From the sequence record EF523948.1: a stretch of 32,000 bases of DNA, one strand, 5' to 3'. Within the stretch, counting starts at the first letter, position 1. Each line of letters begins with the position of its first letter. Positions 25,472 through 32,000 of the stretch are shown here, one piece after another. The DNA comes from Burkholderia phage BcepGomr. The position numbers were made by a program, and so were the translations under genes. A model generated the notes under the pieces. That model saw nothing but the letters and a program-made list of their open reading frames with translations. It was not told the DNA's origin and ran no database searches.

Positions 25472-27242
25472 AGTTTTTGATATCCTTAGAGGGTTTGTTA
25501 GTTACTGCAATGAGGGAGCGCGGTTCTCGCAATTCCCCGCGAAGGGCAATCTGGTGCGCCTCGATTGTGGTTTTAGGAACTCGGCTGCTATGCCGCAAGC
25601 GCCACCATTCCCCAGCCAGGTATCGCGGATATTGGTGATCTGCCTCGAATGCAATCCAAGTCGTGAACACCTGCCTTCCGCAATGATACATGACTTTCAA
25701 GCTGGATGCCCCGCCGTGACGTGGTGTATGGTACAGATAGACGATTCGGTCGATCTTGAACTCTTGCGTTTCCTCCGGCTCCAACATTCCCTTGTCGGCC
25801 TTGACCAACTTTGCCGTGCTGCTCGTCATTTCAATGTGGCTAGACCGTGGGAACTCTACCCCGCAATTCCAGCATCGCGTCGCGCTCGCATGGTTATATA
25901 CGCCGCAGCCTTGAACCTTGACCTTGTACGAACCGTCCGAATTCTTGACCGGCTTGCCGTCGATATTGATCTCGTATTGATCTTCGCAGATTCGCACCGG
26001 TGCATCCCCAGCGCTCGCCTTCTCGCGGGGCTTTGGCACTCTAACATCATTGATGCAACCAAGTCGTCCGGCGTTATTGCCAAAGTCCAGAACTAGGCAA
26101 TTCTGCTTAGGGCTTGCAGCGATCGAACCAAGTCGTCCCTCACGGGTAGACAAATCCCACTCGCCAACAGTATCCCAGAACGGACGAGTACCGCGACCGA
26201 GAATCTGAACCCACAAGCCAACCGATCGCGTACAGCGAGCGATGACCATGATGTCGATTTCCGGGCAATCGAAACCAGTCGTGAGAATGCCATTGTTCAC
26301 CATCCATTTGAACTCGCCTGCCAAATAGGCGGCGATTCGTTTATCACGCTCAGTGTCTGACATCCCTTTGGATGCCACCCACGTCGCAGACTCCCCGCGC
26401 CGAATCAGTTCCTCACAAAGGTGGCGCGCATGCTCAACGCCCGAACTAAAGATGATGCCTTTGTGGCGGTTCTCGCTTGCTGCGAAAGCCAGCGCCTCAT
26501 CGATGATCGCGCGATTGATCGGGTCTTGGTCGAAGGCTTCTTGTTGGTCTTTCTCATTGTACTCCCCTGCCGTGATACGGATTTTCGAAAGGTCGACCTT
26601 GACATTCTTGCTCGGTCTCGGAATCGGGGGCACCAGATACCCTTCCGAAAAGAACCAATTGAATGCCTCCATGCTGGTGCAATCGACGAGAATTTCCTCG
26701 AACAGTGGATTTTCCCCTTGAGTCAGCATACCCTGCTTCATGCGGTAGCCGGTAGCCGTCAGCCCATATACCACTGGGGGCGGCAGACCATGTTTCGCAT
26801 TAATCTCAGTTACCCCATTGATGAACGAGCGGTATTGCGACTCATCATTGTCGCTAACCATATGAGCCTCGTCGATGAACATCACATGAAGCGGGGCAAA
26901 AAGCTCAGGCTTGTTATAGACCGATTGAATGGAGCCGAATGTGCAGGGATAGTAATACTCCTTGCGTTTCAAGCCATCTGCGTAGATTCCTACCGGAGCT
27001 TCGTTCCAAGCCTCTTTGAGCTTCTTGTAGTTCTGCCCGACCAACTCTTTCGAGTGCGTCAGCATCATAGCCCGCGTTCCGGAAAAATCACCGAATAGAC
27101 GCGCGACTGCCAATGCGATCACGACCGATTTACCCGTTCCAGTTGGGTAAAGCAGCAGCGCATTGGTTTTCGGGCCGGATCGATAGATATGTTCGATAAT
27201 CTTATCGACCCCGTAGCCTTGGTAATCGCGTGGAATAATCAT
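25440..27242 (-). CDS. Superfamily 2 DNA/RNA helicase (DEAH-box)
   Basis: 600 aa. Walker A LLLYPTGTGKSVV, DEAH box VMFIDEAH, GLTAT, motif VI ILGRGTRP. Confidence 0.92.
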   Translation of the reverse strand: MIIPRDYQGYGVDKIIEHIYRSGPKTNALLLYPTGTGKSVVIALAVARLFGDFSGTRAMMLTHSKELVGQNYKKLKEAWNEAPVGIYADGLKRKEYYYPCTFGSIQSVYNKPELFAPLHVMFIDEAHMVSDNDESQYRSFINGVTEINAKHGLPPPVVYGLTATGYRMKQGMLTQGENPLFEEILVDCTSMEAFNWFFSEGYLVPPIPRPSKNVKVDLSKIRITAGEYNEKDQQEAFDQDPINRAIIDEALAFAASENRHKGIIFSSGVEHARHLCEELIRRGESATWVASKGMSDTERDKRIAAYLAGEFKWMVNNGILTTGFDCPEIDIMVIARCTRSVGLWVQILGRGTRPFWDTVGEWDLSTREGRLGSIAASPKQNCLVLDFGNNAGRLGCINDVRVPKPREKASAGDAPVRICEDQYEINIDGKPVKNSDGSYKVKVQGCGVYNHASATRCWNCGVEFPRSSHIEMTSSTAKLVKADKGMLEPEETQEFKIDRIVYLYHTPRHGGASSLKVMYHCGRQVFTTWIAFEADHQYPRYLAGEWWRLRHSSRVPKTTIEAHQIALRGELREPRSLIAVTNKPSKDIKNYVFDVESAAA

Positions 27243-27245
27243 TGG

Positions 27246-28190
27246 TCAATACGAATGATGTTTAGCCCAATCCTCACAGCCCGCAAGCTGGTCAGCCTTA
27301 TTCAGTATTATACCCTTTTCCTTGCAATACCATTTACCATCTTCTGTAGGCATCGAGTTTGCGCATGTCCGGCAATTCATCACCGGGCCTTCGTCGAAAT
27401 GGCATTGATCGATATACGGGCAATAGACGCACTTCCAGTAGGTCGGGTCTTGAGCCAGCCGGGGCGGAGCAGACTTCGCAAAGATGATCTTGCCCGAGCG
27501 CTCGCGCCAGTACTGGGCCACTTGCGGCTTGAACTGAACGAACTCGCAATAGATTTCATCCGTGTTCTTGTTCACCGCCATATACAAGCACCATTCGAGC
27601 TTGAAATACTCGGCGTATTGCTGCATCTGAGCATAGTGCTCGGGCTTCGTCTTGAGAACGCCTTGCGGGGCTTTGACCACATTGCCCTTGCTGTCGGTTT
27701 CCCCGGCCAGCTTGCGGAAACTCTTCTCGTTATGAGTTTTCATTTCCGTCAGGAATGGCATGGTCGGATTCTCAGGCACACCGACAGTCACTGAGTCAAT
27801 GGCCGAGCCATAATGACCTCCGAAATGGGAAACACGGAATTGCTTGCCATTGGAGTCCGCTTGATAGACCGTGCAGCCGATCGTTCGTAGCATTGCAACA
27901 AACCGGGCTTCTTCCAAGTGCCCCCGATTGAACAAGCGGAGCAGTTGCCCCTCATGCTTGACCGGTTTAGTCCAGCGCCACGAATACCAGAGCTTGCGAG
28001 CGCATTCCTCGCCGCTGGTACTAACACCCATGTGCTCGCGAAAGTCGTCCTTTTCCTCCGAATCGAACGCATCGTCGATATCCATGATGTGTTCTTTAAG
28101 GAACCCACGAAACTTGGCCCCTTGGTCGGCTTTGATCGCATCGTTGATCGCTTGCGTGGTCTGATGCGCAATGTACAGAGGTTGTGCCAC
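27246..28190 (-). CDS. PD-(D/E)XK exonuclease, Cas4/RecB-like
   Basis: 314 aa. GSAIDSV...FLTEMKTHNEKSF (D...ExK), QMQQYAEYF, and clustered Cys residues CVYCPYIDQC and CRTC...C...GCEDW. Confidence 0.75.
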   Translation of the reverse strand: MAQPLYIAHQTTQAINDAIKADQGAKFRGFLKEHIMDIDDAFDSEEKDDFREHMGVSTSGEECARKLWYSWRWTKPVKHEGQLLRLFNRGHLEEARFVAMLRTIGCTVYQADSNGKQFRVSHFGGHYGSAIDSVTVGVPENPTMPFLTEMKTHNEKSFRKLAGETDSKGNVVKAPQGVLKTKPEHYAQMQQYAEYFKLEWCLYMAVNKNTDEIYCEFVQFKPQVAQYWRERSGKIIFAKSAPPRLAQDPTYWKCVYCPYIDQCHFDEGPVMNCRTCANSMPTEDGKWYCKEKGIILNKADQLAGCEDWAKHHSY

Positions 28191-28203
28191 TTCTCATACT
28201 CCA

Positions 28204-28233
28204 ATAAAAAAGCCCCACCGAGGCGGGGCTTTC
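28204..28233 (-). terminator. Rho-independent terminator after the SSB-like gene
   Basis: - strand AAAGCCCC-GCCTCGGT-GGGGCTTT followed by TTTATTGG, in the 28191-28252 gap. Confidence 0.8.
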
Positions 28234-28252
28234 GTTTCGATCCCCGTAGGGC

Positions 28253-29101
28253 TTAGGCTGCTTGCTGGCCAGCGAGCCACGGCGGCACGGAGCCAGCGGC
28301 CGGGGCTGCATTGGCAGCGGGCGCAGCAGCCGCGACCGGAGCAGCCGGAGCAGCGGTGGGAGCCGGAGCAGCAGCCGGAGCGGCCGGAGCCGGGGCAATG
28401 GCAGCAGCCGGAGCCGGAGCGGCAGCAGCGGGCGCTACCGGGGCAGCGGCAGGCGCGGTCGGGAACGGCGGGGGTGCCGACGGGGCGGTTGCGGCCGGGG
28501 CCGTGATCGGAGCGACCGGCGTATTGATGCCTTGGCCATTCGGGCCGATGCCCGGAGGCGCTTGGATCGGGGCATTGGTCTGACCTTCGCCTTCGCCGAA
28601 CGGCTTTGCGGCGAATGCCGGGTTGTACTTCTCGGCTTTCTCGTGACGGAGCACTTCATTCCTCGCCGGGTTGCCCTTGACGGTCTGGCCGTTGCCGTCG
28701 AGCGAGTCGGCCGTCGCAGCCTCGTAGCCCAGGTGGATGACGTGCGGCTTGTATGCCAGTTGGCCGAGGTTGTTGCCTGCCGGTTGGCCGACGGCATGCG
28801 CGAGCGCCGACAGCTGCTCCATCGCGATCTCGCACGACTTTCCCGACGTTGCATGCCACAGGTTCAGTTGATCGCGAACCTTCATGCCGCGCGCGAATTC
28901 CGGTTCCAGAATGGTGCGCTCGATGAACAGGTGTTTGCCGGTGCCTTGGGTGCGGTTATCGCGCACTTCCATGTCCGTGACCTGAGCGAGGTATGCGCCG
29001 CCCGGAAGCGCCGTATAGCCGCCCTTCGAGAACTGCTGAACGTTCGTCAGATCGAAGTCGAATGCGATGTTGATGGCGTTCTGCACTTGGGTCGTATTCA
29101 T
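28253..29101 (-). CDS. DUF669-like / single-stranded DNA-binding-type protein with Ala/Pro-rich tail
   Basis: 282 aa. Folded N-terminus TALPGGAYLAQVTDMEVRDNRTQGTGKHLFIERTI...; next to the Sak4-like ATPase. Confidence 0.65.
   Translation of the reverse strand: MNTTQVQNAINIAFDFDLTNVQQFSKGGYTALPGGAYLAQVTDMEVRDNRTQGTGKHLFIERTILEPEFARGMKVRDQLNLWHATSGKSCEIAMEQLSALAHAVGQPAGNNLGQLAYKPHVIHLGYEAATADSLDGNGQTVKGNPARNEVLRHEKAEKYNPAFAAKPFGEGEGQTNAPIQAPPGIGPNGQGINTPVAPITAPAATAPSAPPPFPTAPAAAPVAPAAAAPAPAAAIAPAPAAPAAAPAPTAAPAAPVAAAAPAANAAPAAGSVPPWLAGQQAA
28262..28505. repeat. Low-complexity GCAGC/CCGGAGC-type tract encoding the Ala/Pro-rich tail
   Basis: Repeated GCAGCCGGAGC-like units in the coding sequence of the SSB-like protein C-terminus. 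Confidence 0.75.
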
Positions 29102-29161
29102 GTGGTGATTCTCCGTCAGGGTTCGATCAGGCAGAAGCCATGATCTTGTTGAAAATGTGGG

Positions 29162-29824
29162 TCAGGTTCGGCTGCTCATTGCATCGAGCGATCCCGATCT
29201 GTCCTTTGCATCATACTGCGGATCGGGCTGCGTCTGCAAGTATCGGTATGTTCCCGTTCCGTCCGGAAGAGTACCGATTCGCAGCGTGAAAACTTCGTCG
29301 AGCCAGTACGGCGATTGCTGGCCCAGTTGCTTGCCGGGAAAGTCCGGGCCATACTTCACCCCGCCAGTCACGGAGTCTTGAACAAACCCCATCTTGGCCG
29401 TGATGTAGACATGCTTCTCCGGAAGCGCGCGGAATTTGGTGAAGTAGTCCGCGATCATATCCGCCACGGTGCCGTAATGCGCGCGACCATCGCCACCGGA
29501 AGCCTTTGCCACGCGTAGGAAAGTTTCGGCCGATTCGCTCGCGCCATCCCAGACCAATGTGTCGAAGTGTTGCTTGAATTCGTTCGACTTCATGATCCAG
29601 TCATAAGCGTCGCGCATATCGAGGCCGTTTCGGATTTCCAGAACCGGGATGTTGTGCTTCCGGATCGAAAGGTTGCCGAATTCCGACGAGAGGATGATCG
29701 GACGCGGTGCAGTTGCGCCGAGTACCGTTTTCCCGTAGCCTGCCGGGGCGTAGCACAGCACTTTAACGCCATTGCGGGCCGCGTTTGCGGTAGTTGTCCA
29801 GTTCAGGGGCATTTCGCACTCCAT
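29162..29824 (-). CDS. Sak4-like RecA-family ATPase (single-strand annealing / recombination)
   Basis: 220 aa. Walker A KVLCYAPAGYGKTVLG, HFDTLVWDGASE (Walker B region), HVYITAKMG; beside the DUF669-like SSB. Start may be the internal M5 (MPLNWTTTANA). Confidence 0.8.
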   Translation of the reverse strand: MECEMPLNWTTTANAARNGVKVLCYAPAGYGKTVLGATAPRPIILSSEFGNLSIRKHNIPVLEIRNGLDMRDAYDWIMKSNEFKQHFDTLVWDGASESAETFLRVAKASGGDGRAHYGTVADMIADYFTKFRALPEKHVYITAKMGFVQDSVTGGVKYGPDFPGKQLGQQSPYWLDEVFTLRIGTLPDGTGTYRYLQTQPDPQYDAKDRSGSLDAMSSRT

Positions 29825-29841
29825 AAGGGCGGGACGCTATT

Positions 29842-30177
29842 TTACGCCGAGCCTTTCAGGAAAGCCACCAAGGCTCGTACACCATGGCCTTCGTGCATCT
29901 TTCCCTTGCCTTGCTCTCGGTATTCCCAGCGCCCCACCGCGGGATAGAAGTCAATCCAAACCGCCGGGTTCCCGTTAACTCCATGCGGATCGGTCACAAT
30001 CACGAAGTACGTGTCGGTCATGCGCGTATACTTCACGCCATTCGTTTGCAAGCAATGGGCCGCGTTCTTGACATTCTCGACTTTGCGAGCTTCTTTCCGC
30101 TCGCGGTACAGCTTCCAGTCATGGTCGCTGGTCGGAAGGGGCAAGCCTTGGCGACGGTAAATTTCCAACAAGGTCAT
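29842..30177 (-). CDS. Hypothetical protein
   Basis: 111-aa ORF in a compact operon, ATGA overlap with the upstream gene. Confidence 0.65.
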   Translation of the reverse strand: MTLLEIYRRQGLPLPTSDHDWKLYRERKEARKVENVKNAAHCLQTNGVKYTRMTDTYFVIVTDPHGVNGNPAVWIDFYPAVGRWEYREQGKGKMHEGHGVRALVAFLKGSA

Positions 30178-30404
30178 ACCCGAATCTCCACATTGAAATG
30201 CTTTGCGAGTTCAAAGAGAACCTGCATCTTAATCACCGCCTCGGTGTGCTCTTGAAAGCCACCATTGGCCATGCTGAACGAGCCTCCGCCATTGTGAATC
30301 TTAAGGGCGGCTCGATACTCTTTCCCGATGTACCGGGAGAGCGCCGCGCCCGGATTGGGGCCGTCCTTCTTCTTTTGAAGGATGCAGGTCGCGTACTCGG
30401 CCAT
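30174..30404 (-). CDS. Hypothetical protein
   Basis: 76-aa ORF with overlaps on both sides. Confidence 0.65.
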   Translation of the reverse strand: MAEYATCILQKKKDGPNPGAALSRYIGKEYRAALKIHNGGGSFSMANGGFQEHTEAVIKMQVLFELAKHFNVEIRV

Positions 30405-30940
30405 CAGAACTGTTCCTCGTCGATCTTCGTATTGCCAATGACCGGAGTCGGCTGCACTTGCACGCGCTTGGGCTTCGTGAGCTTCAACCCAGCCTTGCCG
30501 AAACTCGACTCGATCAGCCGCATGTCGCTCAACAGCTTCTTAACGGGCGGTGCTGCATCCCGCCACCCGGTAGCCGAAACTTCCGGCTTCCATTTGATGA
30601 CCGTGTCCAGCGAATAGACTTCGCCGGTTTCCTCGTCTTGCGGGATCGCAGCGATAGCCTTGGCTGCGTCGGCCAACAGCGCCTTGTCGGTGATCTTGAA
30701 GTTCTCGCGATGATCGAAGTTCAGAATCCAGTTCCCCGGCATCTGCCAGTTCTCGGTTCCGGCCGATTGCGAGCCGTTCGGATAGAGCACGTCGAAAATC
30801 GCCTTATAGGCTGCATCGAGTGCTTCTTGTGCCTTGTCTGCGACTTCTTGCGCAGCCATCCACGGGCCGACGAGCTTGTCCAGTTCCTTCTGCTGCTCGT
30901 CGGAGGGGATCAGTGCGGGTTTCCGGGTTGCCATGTTCAT
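30404..30940 (-). CDS. Hypothetical protein
   Basis: 178-aa ORF (MNMATRKPALIPSDEQQKELDKLVGPWMAAQ...), good RBS region, tightly packed with its neighbours. Confidence 0.7.
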   Translation of the reverse strand: MNMATRKPALIPSDEQQKELDKLVGPWMAAQEVADKAQEALDAAYKAIFDVLYPNGSQSAGTENWQMPGNWILNFDHRENFKITDKALLADAAKAIAAIPQDEETGEVYSLDTVIKWKPEVSATGWRDAAPPVKKLLSDMRLIESSFGKAGLKLTKPKRVQVQPTPVIGNTKIDEEQF

Positions 30941-30976
30941 TTGCTCCGTCTGTTAAGGAAAATCATCAGCGCTAGA

Positions 30977-31018
30977 CTGATTGCTGCTATTATACCGCAG
31001 ATTGCGGCCGCGTCATTC
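30977..31018 (-). promoter_or_regulatory. Promoter-like element with perfect -10
   Basis: - strand GCGGTATAATA (-10 at 30994-30989), upstream of the 30940 start; -35 (ATGACG-like) is weak. Confidence 0.5.
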
Positions 31019-31031
31019 CACATTTCGTCTA

Positions 31032-31220
31032 TCACTCGAAAAAGGCGTCGTAGGCCATCCGGCGCGCTTTGCTTTCTTCCATGAACGTCATCTTGTGGTC
31101 AGCCTCGATGACCGCGAATTCCCAGCCATCCGGGCCGAGTTCAGCGAAAACCGACGCATGGATATCAGCTTGGGTCTTGCGCTGGATGGTCACTTCAATA
31201 AGCGTGCCGACGATGTTCAT
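31032..31220 (-). CDS. Hypothetical small protein
   Basis: Internal start (31220) gives 62 aa MNIVGTLIEVTIQRKTQADIHASVFAELGPDGWEFAVIEADHKMTFMEESKARRMAYDAFFE, just downstream of the 31222-31464 ORF. Confidence 0.6.
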   Translation of the reverse strand: MNIVGTLIEVTIQRKTQADIHASVFAELGPDGWEFAVIEADHKMTFMEESKARRMAYDAFFE

Positions 31221-31221
31221 T

Positions 31222-31464
31222 TTAGACCTCATGGGTGATTCGGTAATGGGCGATTCCCTTGACATCAGTATAGAGGAATTCGAACTCCCAGTCACCGACT
31301 TCATATGCGGCGACGACCTGTTTCTCGATGCTATCCCCGGCCTTGTGGTCGTAGGGCCGCACGAAATAGCCGGGGCGCGATTGGCATTCAAACTTTACGC
31401 GAGCGCCATTGCGTTCGGTCGCGCCCAGAAACTTGGCTTGCCAGTACTCGATTCGCTTGGTCAT
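31222..31464 (-). CDS. Hypothetical small protein
   Basis: 80-aa ORF, ATGA overlap with the upstream 59-aa ORF. Confidence 0.6.
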   Translation of the reverse strand: MTKRIEYWQAKFLGATERNGARVKFECQSRPGYFVRPYDHKAGDSIEKQVVAAYEVGDWEFEFLYTDVKGIAHYRITHEV

Positions 31465-31640
31465 TTCGGTTCCTTCTTAGTCAGGTTAGGCAAACAGATC
31501 AGAATGGTTGCAGCGATGGGCGGAGTCAGAATGAATCCGATAATGCACCACCAGCCCCAAGGGTAGCCGCGCACATGCGCGAGCTTGCAAGTGAGTGCGA
31601 CTAAAATCAAGTAGAGGATTGGCATATCGGCCCCGTTCAT
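31461..31640 (-). CDS. Small predicted membrane protein (59 aa), not in the supplied ORF track
   Basis: Manual translation from 31640: MNGADMPILYLILVALTCKLAHVRGYPWGWWCIIGFILTPPIAATILICLPNLTKKEPK*. ATGA overlap with the next gene; promoter-like element directly upstream. Confidence 0.65.
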   Translation of the reverse strand: MNGADMPILYLILVALTCKLAHVRGYPWGWWCIIGFILTPPIAATILICLPNLTKKEPK

Positions 31641-31654
31641 TAAGCGTTAAAAAT

Positions 31655-31683
31655 ATTATACCGCTAGTTCGAACGGGGCGCAA
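31655..31683 (-). promoter_or_regulatory. Sigma70-like promoter
   Basis: - strand TTGCGC (31683-31678), 17-nt spacer, TATAAT (31660-31655). Confidence 0.6.
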
Positions 31684-31687
31684 CCGA

Positions 31688-31981
31688 TCACCAACCGAAT
31701 TTCTCGCGACAGATCGGGCCGATGCCGAGGTCGATAGATTCGCCATTCGTCAGCGGGCGAGAACAGATGCAGCAAACCCCAGTACGCAAGCCATATGCTT
31801 GCGCGGCTTCTTCCGGGTTCTCTGCCACCCGGCGAATCTCGTCCGCGTCTTCCGGTTGAGCGTCGCGAGAAAGTTTGATGACCCCCGCGAAAATCTTACC
31901 GAGGTACACGCCATCGGCCTTGCGATTCACGTAGATGGCACCCGGGTTGCTTCCGCCAGCCGGAGCCTTCGAAAACTTCAT
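31688..31981 (-). CDS. DUF6011-like small zinc-finger protein
   Basis: C-terminal VCCICSRPLTNGESIDLGIGPICREKFGW; start at 31981 (MKFSKAPAGG...) or 31996. Confidence 0.65.
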   Translation of the reverse strand: MKFSKAPAGGSNPGAIYVNRKADGVYLGKIFAGVIKLSRDAQPEDADEIRRVAENPEEAAQAYGLRTGVCCICSRPLTNGESIDLGIGPICREKFGW

Positions 31982-32000
31982 CGTATCCAGTACCATTTTC

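Noticed and set aside
25554-27794. Several + strand ORFs (180, 225 and 201 aa) opposite the helicase and nuclease
   Set aside because: Antisense shadows of strongly supported - strand genes.
28171-29143. Arg/Ser/Gly-rich and poly-Ala + strand ORFs (111, 293 and 90 aa) and - strand frame-shifted Arg-rich ORFs
   Set aside because: Products of the repetitive GCAGC/CCGGAGC tract read in the wrong frame; composition is an artefact of the repeat.

Overview
This 32 kb window reads as part of a lytic, tailed (siphovirus-like) phage genome. It has two convergent gene blocks. The + strand block (1-13842) holds tail morphogenesis genes: tail tube end, tail assembly chaperone pair, tape measure, minor tail proteins, tail fiber, DUF1833-like protein, NlpC/P60-like protein and a J-like tip protein. 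The - strand block (13887-31996) holds replication, recombination and DNA-modification genes: MazG-like, family B DNA polymerase, beta-clamp-like protein, SF2 helicase, Cas4-like PD-(D/E)XK nuclease, DUF669/SSB-like protein and Sak4-like ATPase. A bidirectional hairpin terminator separates the blocks. The most notable system is a near-contiguous 7-deazaguanine DNA modification cluster (queE, sORF, queC, queD, folE, a 91-aa ORF, a dpdA-like transglycosylase, a 204-aa ORF) at about 18.2-23.1 kb. Upstream of it is the largest non-coding gap in the window (23092-23512), which contains a perfect 16-nt inverted repeat, overlapping alternative stems, two families of direct repeats and a rho-independent terminator. 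This gap could be an unannotated structured RNA, a leader or attenuator, or a replication origin. A canonical A_AAA_AAC slippery heptamer directly before the stop of the first tail chaperone ORF predicts a programmed -1 frameshift. No integrase, tRNA, rRNA, IS element or CRISPR array was recognised. All homology calls are from recognised motifs and gene order; no database search was run.
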